A DNA stretch of 53,789 nucleotides from Prorocentrum cordatum (lineage: Eukaryota): positions 62,001 through 115,789 of the forward strand of contig CAUYUJ010000287.1 of NCBI GenBank assembly GCA_963575745.1. The letters run 5' to 3'. Positions 1-14,008 of the stretch are shown in pieces. The stretch's first letter is position 1; every line of letters starts with the position of its first letter. The notes beneath the pieces were generated by a model. That model had not been told where the DNA came from. It worked only from the letters and a program-made list of their open reading frames with translations, and did no database searches. The position numbers and the translations under genes were made by a program.

Positions 1-1411
1 TGGGGGTGGGTTCAACGCAAGGCTTACAGAGGTGCCTGGGATCCGTGGACGCTGACATCCCGCACTTACTGCAATCAACGAGATTAGATTATCCCCACTA
101 CTGTAAGGCGTGGGACTCGTTTAAAACCTGCCCTCCTAGAACCCGCCTGCCACACGAGGGCGCGATTCCTGGGGGAGGGGCGACGTGGGCACACACCCTC
201 GGGACCACCTCGAGGAATCTCGAACGGTTCTCGAAAAAATTGCATCTCCTGCAGTGGAATTTCGAGCCGAGCCTAATTACGCCGATCGTGCTGGGAGGCT
301 TTCTTGGCCTGCTCAAGCTCTGGGATTCGAACGGGGCGGGGGGCCGAGGGTCTGGTTTCGGTCTACGGGTCGGCACGAATCGACTCCGCCAAGGCCCTTC
401 TCGCACGCAGTCGGATCATATAGGTCTCGGTGTCCGCCACGTCCGTGGCAGGGGCTCTCTGGACGAATTCAGACCAGCCGACGGACGCACCCCTGGAGGC
501 GAGTTCGTCAACGCATTCGTTGCCCACCGCCCACCACAAGTCCTGAGGCGTTCGGATGTCCTCGGGCTCGCGGTGGGAGGGGGTCCATTCAAGAAGGGGG
601 TCCGGGCCGCGAGCCCTCGAAGCTCGTCCACTCCTGAACCAGAGGTCGGCATTTCCACAACTGAACGACGGAGCCAGATGCCGACCTCTGCTCCAGCCAT
701 GTACGAGCGGGAGGTGGTCCGTTACGTACCGTAGCGGCCCTTGCGAGCGTTCGAGGGCCTCGATGAACGCCGTTGGCTCGGCCCCTGGGGACCGTCTGTC
801 GGGTGCCTCCCAGACTGCACGCTATTCGTGCGACAGGAGACCATCCACCTGCCCAGAAGGCTTGCAAGGCGCACGCTCCCGAGCCAACTCTCCTGCGACG
901 CGGGTCCGAGGAGTGCTGTCCCCCCGAGCCGTCCCCAGAGAGCGTGAGGAACCCGTCGGGGCCTCTGGGGGCTCGGGAGAAATTGCCGAGTTCGGAACGG
1001 TGGGAGGGAGGGAGGTCGAGGTCAAAGGTGGGGGTCGTATCCTCGACTCTTGGGAGGCTTCGCAGTCAATACGAAGGCCATGCCTCGTGGCCAGCGAGCT
1101 CACGAAGGAAGAGGTGGGCAGTGCCCAGTCTTTTCAGAGTCGGCGTGGCCAGCGTTGCACGTGCAGCTCCACATTCTGTGGTAGAGCGTGCCAGGCTCCA
1201 GGCCGCAGCGGGCACAGTGCGCAGGGGCGGCGTGGCTCGCCTCTGCGCGCCGCCGGCGGGTCCACTGGCCGCCTGAGACGACCGCCACGTCGAGCGCCCA
1301 GAGGTCGTCGTCCCCGCATTTCTGAAGCCGCTGCAGCTCGCGGTGCACCGTGAGCGCGTCGGCGCCGCCTACGATGTCCGCAGAGCCCTGGAGCAGCCTG
1401 CGCCTTCCGTC
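1..1411 (-). mobile_element. Decayed, 5'-truncated non-LTR retrotransposon fragment (zinc knuckle + RNase H + Cys-rich C-terminus)
   Basis: Minus strand gives GGQWTRRR...CARCGLEPGTLYHRMWSC (zf-RVT-like CCHC, 1100-1348). After frameshifts it reads RQTVPR/AEPTAFIEAL...YVTDHLPLVHGW...NADLW...WTPSH...GNECVDELA (RNase H motifs, ~490-800), then FHCRRC. The right side abuts a (GAG)n tract. Confidence 0.85.
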
Positions 1412-1505
1412 GAGGAGGAGGAGGGGGAGGAAAAGGAGGAGGAGGAGGAGGAGGAGGAGGGGGAGGAAAAGGAGGAGGAGGAGGAGGAGGAGGAGGAGGA
1501 GGAGG
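1412..1505. repeat. (GAG)n microsatellite
   Basis: Direct reading of the sequence. Confidence 0.95.
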
Positions 1506-1912
1506 CTGGATGGAGCATCATCAAAGAGGCCTTGGCGACTGTCTGCACTCAGACGACCGCCAGGGCCCCAGATGTCGAGTCACGAGCACCCATGGCCGCC
1601 CGCGCCATCCCTCCCCAAACATGGGATTGCAGGGGAGGTTAAGGGCCGTCCACCATGGGCCCTCTGCGCGCCGACGGTGAGCGTCGGGCAGGGGCACGCC
1701 TCGCAAGGCGGGGGGGTTCAGAGCACACCCCGAACTCCCAAGGCCCGCGCGCGCGGCGGCACCGGCGGCGCCGAGGGCTTCCCCGCCCTTACGGCGTGCC
1801 AGCGGCGCGTCCGCCCGCTCCTCGCCACCGCCCGCATCCAGGAGGGGCGGCAGGGGCCCTCTGGTGCGGCGGTGGCCCCGCGGGGCGCCGCGCTGGAGGA
1901 GGAGGAGGAGGA

Positions 1913-2826
1913 GGCATTAGGCATTAGGGCCTTAGACGATCGTCTCTCGCATCCAGCGACCCGATTACTTAGTAATCGGGCTCTTCGGGCTCTTCACTCC
2001 TGCCAGCCTGGAGCCGAGCCTCTTCTTCGAGACGCCTCTCAGCTCGGCAAAACACAACCGCCTCGTGGGGGTCGCTAAAGCCGTGCAACTGCACAACTCG
2101 GTACATATCAAGGGCCTCGGGGATAACCAACCCGTACACTGGGGCAGGGTCGCTACTCCGCACCGAGGCCTCTTGAGGGACTACCAGTCTCCCTTCCCAC
2201 AACGCTCGGACCTCCTCAGATAGATCCGAGGTCCCACCCACCCCCACCGAGTCCACGAACCCTCTATCATGGAGCCAGCTGTGCAATCTGCCGAGCCACT
2301 CCGCAGCCTGACAGACTCTACGCTCGCAGGCTTCAACAAAAAGCTCCTGCTCCGTGTCTATGGCCCACAGCTGGGCTCCCGCTTTGGCCCACTGGTCAGC
2401 TAACCTGTTGCCTTTGAGCACCCACAAATCCTCGAGAGAGGTCGCCTCTCGTATCGCTCTGTGAGCCTTTACTTTTACTACTCGCGCTGTGCCGCCTACT
2501 TTAGACCACCAAAGCCTCCACATGTGTCTCCGACTGTTCTCGGGCGACAAGGCAGTGGACGAGGAGGTGGCACAGGCAACAGATCCAGCACAGTCACTGA
2601 AGACTTCAAGAGGCACCCAGAGTCTCCCTCACACGGGGGCTCGCTAAATCTGGCCAGCATGTGAAATGCGTAATCTTCCCCATCCCGCGCCCACTGGTCA
2701 GGCCCCCACCCCCGAGGCACCACCCCATACATGCAAGCGACAAAATTGCCTCCATCATCTACTTGCACCGCTGACCAGCCTGCTCTCCTACAGGCTCCGA
2801 ACTTGGTGTGGTACGCTGAGCCATGG
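1913..2826 (-). mobile_element. 5'-truncated non-LTR retrotransposon fragment, RNase H domain to probable 3' end
   Basis: Minus strand gives GSAYHTKFGACRRAGWSAVQ...ARDGEDYA, a frameshift, then EVFSDCAGSV...VVKVKAH...GNRLADQWAKAGA. It ends in a short (TAATGCC)2 tail and has (GGA)n on both sides. Confidence 0.85.
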
Positions 2827-4935
<2,109 letters not shown>

Positions 4936-6130
4936 GATCGGGCAGGCGCCTCCGCCGATGTCGCCGACGACGCCGGACGGCGGAGGCAGCCTGGGGGGCG
5001 CTTTGCTCAACGACGTGCCCAGCACCCCGTCGTGCACTTCGACCAGGCAGCGGCCCCGCCTACCCCTTCGAGACTGGGCTCCGTGGTATAAGATCGAGGT
5101 CGGTTCGTGAAGGGTGCCCTGATGTTCTTCGTGTTTGTTGGATGTTCTTGTGCATCCTGGGAGAGCGTACCCTCGGATGTTCTGTGTGTTTTGGCCAGCG
5201 GAGTGTCTGACGTTCTTGAAGGATGTTCTTCTGTCCTAGGTCCGTCCGTAACCTTCTTCCGAGGCCTTTCGGATCAACCTTCGGGGACCTCGGCCCCGCG
5301 GCGGATGTGATTGCATAGTGGGGCCCTGTAGGGGAGGGCCAAATCGATTCATGTCAGCCGCCCTCCGAGGTCCCCGAAGATCGATCCACCAATCGGTGGT
5401 CATGGATGAATCCCCGCCTCGCGCCCTTACAGTAGTCACATTGCCAGCTATTACCCGACCGAATTTTCTGATGGATCCCGCGGAGGGGTAGTCACGGCGG
5501 GCCTCAACGGGGAAACGAGCATGCACAATTACGAGCCAGCGGTTTTCTTCGAGTAGTCTAGAGACGCTCTCGGGTTTGTCTCTGGGGTTGTCTCGGGGAT
5601 TTCTTTGGCATTCTTGGGCTTCTCCTGGGCCTCGGAAAGGTAGGTGGGCCGTCCCGGAGAGTTCCTGGGCTGTCTTAGAGCCCTCTTAGGGCCGTCTTGG
5701 AGGCTAGCTGCGGGCTTCGAGGCCATCTTGTGGCCATCTAGGGTCTCTTGTGCCGTCTGTGAGGTCTCCCACCCTCGAACCCGTCTTTGGAGCCATATGA
5801 GATCAGATCATGAGATTCCTTTCGCCCGTCTTGAGGGCCCTCAATGGGCGCGATATGCGTGAGAGGTGTGCCACATGCAGGATTCTTAGAGTTTTCTTCA
5901 TGGGCGAACTGAGGACTTCGAGGGGTTCATGCTGCACGAAGTGCGTGAGGAGCATGACGAATGAAGGATCCCTTGATCCGTCTGAAGTCTGGAGGACATT
6001 TTTTTTCGCTTCGCGAATCCCCGCCTGCCTATTCAGACGCCCTGCCCACGAGAGCTGACGGGACATGGGAAGCAGAGACGCACATACGTAGTGAAACAGA
6101 GCTGTCAAAGAGAGGAGGGGGAGGAACGCT

Positions 6131-6700
6131 TTGAGCCATGGTGAAGGCTATCTTGGAGCATCAGAGGCCTTCTTGGAACTATTGGGCTTTTGGGGGGCGT
6201 CTTGGGGTCCTCCTGGGGCTTTCTTGGGGCACCTTAGGGCCCTCTTGGGGCTCTTTGGGGGGTCTTGGGGTCCTTTTGGGGCTTTTTTGGGGCGCCTTGG
6301 GGCCCGCAAGAGGCCCTCTTAGGGCTCTTTGGGGGCTCTCTTGGGGTCCTCTTGGGAGCTATGGAGCGCCTCCTTGGGCCATCTTGGAGACCATCGATCA
6401 AAGGAGGGGTGGTCCTCGATGCTCGTCGCCCCTCCGGGGCCATCGAAATAGCCTCTTGGGCCATCTTGGGGCCATCTTGAGGCCTCAACAGCGCATCGGG
6501 CACGACAAGGCGAGACTGCCAAAATCATTTGGTTTCCTGAGGTTTTGAAGGATTTTGGCTTCTCAGGGAGGTCCTGAGGGGTCTCCAAAGTCACTTGGAT
6601 CAGTCTTGTGGCCCTCTTGGGGCCTCTTGAAGGCATGTTGTTAGCTATCTTGAGCCATGTTGGGCTATCTTGAACGATCTTGGAGGCCATCTTGGGCTAA
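6131..6700. repeat. Strand-biased degenerate repeat rich in TCTTGGGGCC-like words
   Basis: Recurrent ctcttgggg and ccatcttgg words. Similar tracts occur at ~5560-5790, 46210-46740 and 52740-52920. Confidence 0.6.
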
Positions 6701-6882
6701 GATCGCGGCCCCCCCGTCCAGGTCCAGGGGAGGGGGTACGGGGAGGGGTCAAGCTACCCACCCGCCCGCAAGCCGTCTAGCTCACTCCCACCCGCCCTCC
6801 CAACACATAAGTAACACCCGAGCCTGAGCATGTTCAGCGGTCGCCTTTGGATGGACAGCTACTGGGAGCCAAAGCTGACCCC

Positions 6883-7092
6883 AGGTGCGCGACGCTTGGG
6901 CGAGGTGCGCCCCGCGTGCCAGGGGCGCCACTCGCGCCAGGCACCCCTGGGGCCCGCGCGTGCCAGGCACGCCTGGTGCGCCAGATGCGCCACGTGCTCC
7001 GAGTGCGCCAGGTGTGCCGCACACTGTGGCCGCGCCAGGTGCGCCGCGTTCGGGGCATGTGCAGAGTGCGTCAGGTGCGCCTGCGCACGTGA
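6883..7092. repeat. Degenerate ~9-bp tandem repeat (GGTGCGCCA-like)
   Basis: Repeated gtgcgcca and gtgcgccg words with ~9-nt spacing. Confidence 0.65.
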
Positions 7093-7384
7093 CAGCACAC
7101 TTCGGGAAACGTGTCGGCCCCCGCCATCCGTGTCGAAAACCAATGCCCACCATTGTTTCTGGTGGGCCTGTGCACAGCAGGCCAAGCGCCACCACCCCCG
7201 CCGTCCCTGTCAAAAACCACTTGACAGTGATCGCGGGATGGCCGCGCATGATCCAGATTTAGCCGCGAGGTGCATGTTATATTTTTCCCCCAACCATCCT
7301 GTGTTGTCGGGTCCTCGTTTTGAAGAGACAGCGCCCCGCGTCCCACTCCCTCCTCCCTCCTCCTCCCTCCTCCATGCGTTTCAC

Positions 7385-7789
7385 CCACCCAGAACAGCGT
7401 TTCGTGGCCCCAAAGGGAGCTCCACCTAAGGCCCCAGTGGGGGGTACCACATGCGTCTGCCCCACCTAGTACAGCGTTTCGTGGCCCCATAGGGAGGTCC
7501 ACCTAAGGCCCCAGGGGGGGTACCACATGCGTCTGCCACACCCAGTATAGCGTTCCGTGGCCCCATAGGGAGCTCCACCGAATGCCCCAGGGGGGGGGGG
7601 TACCACATGCGTCTGCCACACCCAGTACAGCGTTTCGTGGCCCCATCGGGAGCTCCACCGAAGGCCCCAGGGGGGGTACCTTGTGTTCGCCACACCCAGT
7701 ATAGCGTTCCGTGGCCCCATAGGGAGCTCCATCGAAGGCCCCAGGGGGGGTACCACATGCGTCTGCCACACCCAGTACGGCGTTTCGTG
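7385..7789 (+). repeat. Complex satellite A (~70-bp units), left part
   Basis: Unit core CCCAGTACAGCGTTTCGTGGCCCCATAGGGAGCTCCACCGAAGGCCCCAG. Confidence 0.9.
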
Positions 7790-8075
7790 AGTAAGCGGAC
7801 CCATTTGAGACCTCACAGCTCCCTGAGGGCTGCGCAGCTGTCGCCACTTCCGTAGGCCCCTGGGAGGCACGGCGGAGTCGGGGAGTATCCCAAACCGGCC
7901 CAGGGATAAGACGAAGCTGGGACGAAGACAACATCGGGTGAGGATACATCGAGAATCTCTGAGAGCCAGCGGCTATGGAGGATGTCTCGGGCGCCAGAAC
8001 GTCCAGAACGTTCCGGAGTGCCCCGGAGGAGGAGGTGGAGAAGGAAGAGGAGGAGAAGGAGGAGGAGGAGGAGGA

Positions 8076-9243
8076 TTTTTTTTGCAGCAGCGCAAACAGC
8101 AGCCCATATGCTACCTCGAGGCAGGGCGAAGGCCTCGGGGCTGGAACAAACCGCACTCGTGCGCATTGGCAAGCCGACGCCAGCACCGCGAGGTATCCTG
8201 GCCAGCGGCGCATCAGCAACGAGCACGATCAAATGAAACTCGACCGCGATGCGCTCGCGCTCGCGGCCCCGAGCAAGCGCTGGGCCACAGATGCCCTGCG
8301 CAGCTCGCTTGCATCCTCCACCTCCGAGGACGAGGGAGGGGGAGGCTCAAACGAGGGAGCGGGGACCTCCTCCTCCTCCTCCTCCCTGCACCAGGGTCCC
8401 ACGGAGACGGTGACTCCGCTCCGCTTAGGGTGGGACCCTGCACAGATCAGCTTCCACGCGTAACGGCGGCCTTGGGCCCCGACGGCGGGAAGAGGCGCAC
8501 ACTGCTGGCGCAGACCACGCACTTGGCCTCCGCCCGTGTAATTCTTACACCGCAAACAGATGAAGACAAAACTACCATCGCTGGCGTCGAGAAACAGCAT
8601 TTTGTGCCCCAGGCTCGCGAAAGCAGGAGCATCCATGCCACGAATCCCGACACCTGGTCCTCCCTTACAGAGGCCAGCGGTTGGCTGGTCAGTAGACCGC
8701 GAACCACGAAAACAACACGAGCACTGCCAGAACCTGCCCGTCCACGCCCAAGCATGTCTCGGACCCAGCCCTTCGCTCCGCGCAGCTGGTACAGGGATCC
8801 GCTCCACACTGGGGCCGAGATCCAGGCGAGGCCACAGAGGCATCAACTTCGCTGCAAGGAGCCTCACAGCTCTTGCCACAGCCAAAGAACGCTCTAAATC
8901 TTCCACCTGCTACACACCGGGCTGGGAATGCGACAAGATCGTCTTCTTGGCCGACAAATCCACTGCGTGGTTACCTTCGCGCAGGTAGCGCTCCCAGCTA
9001 TCTTCGGCCCCGTCCACGTCGAGATGAGCCTTGACTTTGTGCACGGTGCACTGTTGGGAGAAAGCCCTGCAAAACTGTGCGATCCCAGCGTAAGCACGCT
9101 TGGGTGAGCACTGCTCGGCCCATGGCAGACCGTGGAAGTCTACGCAGGCCTTGCAATCCACAAACAACTCGCACGGACCCGTAGACCATTGCAGCGCAAT
9201 AGAATAAGCGTGAAACTCGGCCGCCTGAGAAGTCTGCGGGCTC
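8076..9243 (-). mobile_element. 5'-truncated non-LTR retrotransposon fragment with RNase H, Cys/His-rich C-terminus and short poly(A) tail
   Basis: Minus strand gives QTSQAAEFHA...ELFVDCKACV...VHKVKAH...GNHAVDLSAK, then WQCSCC...GHKM...FICLRC...C...GSHP. T8 at 8076-8083 is an A-tail on the minus strand. (GGA)n lies on both flanks. Confidence 0.85.
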
Positions 9244-9359
9244 GGAGGAGGAGGAGGAGGAGGCGGAGGAGCCCCCGCCGAAGCCCCCCTCGACAGCGCC
9301 GCGGCCTTCTCAGCGAGAGCTCCGGAGCGCTCTGGAACGGACCATCCTCGTCCTGGCCC

Positions 9360-12260
9360 CGGCCCCATAGGGAGCTCCACCGAAGGCCCCACATGGGGGG
9401 GGGGCACCACACGCGTCTGCAACACCCACTACAGCGTTTCGTGGCCCCCTGGGGAGCTCCACCGAAGGCCCCAGGGGGGGGGGGTACCACATGCGCCTGC
9501 CACACCCAGTACGGCGTTTCGTGGCCCCATAGGGAGCTCCACCTAAGGCCCCAGTGGGGGGTACCACATGCGTCCGCCACACCCACTACGGCGTTTCGTG
9601 GCCCCATAGGGAGCCCCACGCAAGGCCCCAGGGGGGGGGGTACCACATGCGTCCGCCATACCCAGTACAGCGTTTCGTGGTCCCATGGGGAGCTCCCCGT
9701 AAGGCCCCAGTGGGGGTTGCCACATACGTTCGCCACACCCAGTACGGCGTTTCGTGGCCCCAAAGGGAGCTCCACCTAAGGCCCCAGTGGGGGGTGGCCA
9801 CATGCGTCCGCGACACCCAGTACAGCGTTTCGTGGCCGCATAGGGAGCTCCACCAAAGGGCCCAGTGGTGGTGGCCACATGCGACCGCCACACCCAGTAC
9901 AGCGTTTCGTTGCCAGTGGGACTGTCCGCATGCGTCCCGCACGCCCAAGTTTGCATTCTCACCTACCCAATACAGCGCTTCGTGGCCCCATAGGGAGCTC
10001 CACCGAAGCCCCCAGAGGGACGTCCGCATGCGTCCCATCACACCCGATTTGGTATTTTCATCCATCCAGTACAACGTTTCGTGGCTCCAGTAGGGAGCTC
10101 CACCGAAGCTCCCAGTGGGACCGCCCACATGCGTCCCACACGCCCAATTTGGTAGTTTCACCCATCCAGTACAGCGTTTCGTGGCCCCACAGGGAGCTCC
10201 ACCGAAGCCCCCAGTTGGACCGTCCGCATGCGTCCCGCACATGCAATACAGCGTTCCGTGGCCCCATAGGAAGCTCCACCGAAACCCCCAGTGGGACCGT
10301 CCGCATGCGTCCCGCACACTTAATTTGGCATTTCCACTCACTCAGTATAACGTTTGGTGGCCCCATTAGGAGCTCCACCGAAACCCCCAGTGGTACCAGC
10401 TACATGCGTCCGGGAAGCCTAATGTAGCACTTTCAGTTTCCCAGTGCAGCGCTTCGTGGCTCCATAGGGAGCTCCACCGAAACCCCCAGTGAGGGTGGCC
10501 ACATGCGTCCGCCATACCCAGTGCAGCGCTTCGTGGCCGCATAGGGAGCTCCACCTAAGTGCCCAGTGGGGGTGGCCACATGCGCCCGCCACACCCACTA
10601 CAGCGTTTCGTGTCCCCGTAGGGAGCCCCACGTAAGACCCCAGTGGGGGTGGCCAAATGCGTCCGCCACACCCAGTACAGCGTTTCGTGGCCCATAGGGA
10701 GCTCCACCGAAGAACCCTGTGGGACCGTCCGCATGCGCCCCGGAAGCCCAAGTTGGCATTTTCACTTACCCAGTACAGCGTTTCGTGGCCCCATAGGGAG
10801 CTCCACCGAAGCCCCCAGTAGGACCGTCCGCGTGCGTCCAGCACACCCGATTTGGCATTTTCATCCATCCAGTACAGCGCTTCGTGGCCCCATAGGAAGC
10901 TCCACCGAAGCCCCCAGTGGGACCGTTCGCGTGCGTCCGGCACACTCAATTTGGCATTTTCACCCACCCAGTATAGCGTTTGGTGGCTTATTAGGAGCTC
11001 CACCGAAGCCCCCAGTGGGACCGCCCACATGCGTCCCGGAAACCTAATTTGGCAGTTTCTCCCGCCCAGGACACAGTTTCGTGGCCCCATCGGGGGCTCC
11101 ATCGAAGCCCCCCGTGGGGGTGTGACCACGTGTGTCCGCCACGCCTAGTACAGCGCTTCGTCGCCGCATAGGGAGTTCAACCTAATGCCCAGTGGGGGTG
11201 GCCACATGCGTCCGCCACATCCAGTACAGCGTTTCGTGGCCCCATATAGAGAGCTCCACGTAAGAGCCCAGTGCGGGTGGCCACATGCGTCCGCCACACC
11301 CAGTACAGCGCTTCGTGGCCCCAGCGGGGATTGGACCGCAGCTCCCAGTTGGACCGCCCACATGCGTCCCACACAACCAATTAGGCAGTTTCACACACTC
11401 AGTATAGCGTTTCGTGGCCCCATAGGAAGCTCCACCGAAGCCCCCAGTGGGACCGTCCGCATGCGTCCCGCACACCCAATTTGGCTTTTTCACCCACCCA
11501 GTACAGCGCTTCGTGGCCCCATAGGGAGCTCCACCGAAACCCCCAGTGGGACCGTCCGCGTGCGTCCCGCACACCCAATTTGGTATTCGCCCATCCAGTA
11601 CAGCGTTTCGTGGCCCCATAGGAAGCTCCACCGAAACTCCCAGTGGGACCGTCCGCATGCGTCCCGCACACCTAATTTGGCATTTCCACCCACTCAGTAT
11701 AACGTTTGGTGGCCCCATTATGAGCTCCACCGAAGCTCCCAGTGGGACCGCTCGCATGCGTCCCGCACACTTTATTTGGTATTTTCAGTTACCCAGTGCA
11801 GCGCTTCGTGGCCGCATAGGGAATTCCACGTAAGGGCCCAGTGGAGGTGGCCACGTGTGTCCGCCATACCCAGTGCAGCGCTTCATGGCCGCATCGGGAA
11901 TTCCACCTAAGGGCCCAGTGGGGGTGGCCACATGCGCCCGCCACACCCACTACAGCGTTTCGTGTCCCCGTAGGGAGCCCCACGTAAGACCCCAGTGGGG
12001 TGGCCAAATGCGTCCGCCACACCCAGTACAGCGTTTCGTGGCCCCATAGGGAACTCCACCGAAGCACCCTGTGGGACCGTCCGCATGCGCCCCAGGAGCC
12101 CAAGTTTGCATTTTCACATACCCAGTACAGCGTTTCGTGGCCCCCTAGGGAGCTCCACCGAAGCCCCCAGTGGGACCGTCCGCATGCGTCCCACACACCC
12201 GATTTGGCATTTTCATCCACCCAGTACTGCGCTTCGTTGCCCCATAGGGAGCTTCACCGA
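9360..12260 (+). repeat. Complex satellite A, main array (mixed ~70-bp and ~96-bp units)
   Basis: About 35 tandem units share CAGTACAGCGTTTCGTGGCCCCATAGGGAGCTCCACCGAA. The long unit adds GGGACCGTCCGCATGCGTCCCGCACACCCAATTTGGCATTTTCA. Confidence 0.95.
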
Positions 12261-12999
12261 AGAAGATATTCACAATCGGGGTATTCACAACTGCATATGG
12301 GTGGGTCTTTCGCCAGGATCATTTTTGTTAGGCGCCGGACTCACGAACATGACTCAAGACTTTGCCCCAAAGTGTATTTTGCATTGTTTTGGGGCAGGGA
12401 CGGTGTGGGGGGGCCGAATCGGGTTGGCCGCGCATGCTCCAAATGCGGAGGCAGAGTGCGGTTTGTATTGTTTTTTGACAGGGATGGTGGGGGGCGGGTC
12501 GGCCTGGTGTCGGCATGGTGCCGGCATGGGGTCGGGTTGGCCCCCGGTCGCCGGGGGGAGGGGGAACATGGATAAACCAGAAGAGGAAGAAGGGGTTATG
12601 GAAGAGGAAAGAAAAGTCATCATTAGACCGCCTGCCGCCCAGAAGGCTGGCGGGAATAGCCGAGGACCCCTGAAAAGCATCTGCGCGCGAAGGTGTTTTC
12701 TGCTGTTTTGTGTGTTATTGTCTTGTGCTGGTGTGTGTGTGTGCTCGTGTGTGTGTGTGTGTTCCCTGTAGCTTACTCTGCTCTTTTTTCCTCGCGCCCT
12801 CTTTGCCCGCTCGGGCCTCGGGTCGAGACACTCTCGCGTGGTGCACGCTCTGCCGCTGCCGCCCACCAGAGTGGGGGCGCTTCTCCCTTCGCGCACGCTC
12901 GCCCCTTCGCAGCTCGCCACCTGCAACGTCCGGTGGGGCTCACGATAGTTTGCGCTCCGCTCCATCGCTCGCTACGGTGACGCCGCTGAGCGACGAAGG

Positions 13000-13160
13000 A
13001 GAACGGGTTCGTCTTCACCGACACTGGTGCGTAAGCATCCCGCGTAGGGTCGCGCGTAAGCGCCCTCGCTTCGAGTGTAGCGCTCCTCGCTGGCAGCCCG
13101 CGTAAGCCACCGCGTGAGGCAGCTACGTCGTCTCGCGTGAGACTCGTTTCGTTTCGTCTC
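13000..13160 (+). repeat. Dispersed repeat with recurring CGCGTAAG motifs (second copy at ~38410-38570)
   Basis: The two tracts align colinearly by eye (gtc..c.ccgaca.tgg.gcgt...cccgcgta...cgccctcgcttc...ccgcgtaagcc...tctcgcgt.agac.cgttt). Confidence 0.7.
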
Positions 13161-13671
13161 TCACCTGGCTGGCGGAGGAGCGAGTGTGTGCGTGGCAGGG
13201 CTTGCTGGCGGATCTGCAGAGCAGGACGGGGCGCGGCTGGTGTCACCAGGCCTCCCAGACATTTGCTCCTCTTTTCTGGCTCCCCTTGCACACTTTTCTT
13301 TTGTTCTCCGCCAGGGGGGGTCCAGGAGGAGAATGAGGAATGGAGGAGGAGGAGGAAGAGTCGTGGGAGTACGAGTGGGAGTAGGGCGTGAAATCGGCTC
13401 TCGTCGTCCTCCGCCCCCCGTTTCTTATCCCCTCGTCCTCCTCCCTTTGTTCTCATCCCTTCGTTCACCTCCCCTTCCCCCTCCCCCTTCTCATCCTCCT
13501 GGCCCTCCTCTTCCTCCTCCTCCTGGCCCTCATCCTTCTCCTCTTCTTCTCAGACTCATGGCAGTGCTGACAATTACGACTGGCGCCAGCTCCTCCTCCT
13601 CCTCCTCCTCCTCCATTTCCTCCTCCTCATCCTCCTCATCTCTCCTTCTCCTCTCAGGAGTGGAAACACAA

Positions 13672-13810
13672 AGAGACAATTAATCATCGATCCCCCGGAA
13701 AATACAGGAAACTATGGGAAGTGGGGGGAATGCGAAAACCCAGAACATGTAGAAACATACGGGGACTCCTGGGATTTGTTTCTATTTATTTGTGTGCCCC
13801 TTGGCCCCTT
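13672..13810 (+). repeat. Dispersed repeat (diverged direct copy at ~34940-35085)
   Basis: Shared acaattaatc.tcga...ggaaaata...cgaaaacccag...cctgggatttg...tatttatttgtgtg.cc.ttgg.ccctt. Confidence 0.75.
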
Positions 13811-14008
13811 TATCCTCCTCCTCCTCCTCCTCCTCCTCCTCTCTCCCTCTCTTTTTCCCATTCTCCTCATTCTCCTCCTGTGCTTCCTCCTCTTCCTCTT
13901 TCTTCTTCTTCTCCTCCTCCTGTTCCCCCCTGCCTCCTCTTCCTCCTCCTCCTCCTCCTCCTCCTCCTTCTCATTGTCCTTCTCCTCCTCCTCCTCCTCC
14001 TCCTCCTC

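Noticed and set aside
7385..12260. CRISPR-like array (conserved ~40-bp core with variable intervals)
   Set aside because: The intervals are homologous to each other rather than unique spacers, there are no cas genes, and the context is eukaryotic. It is a satellite.
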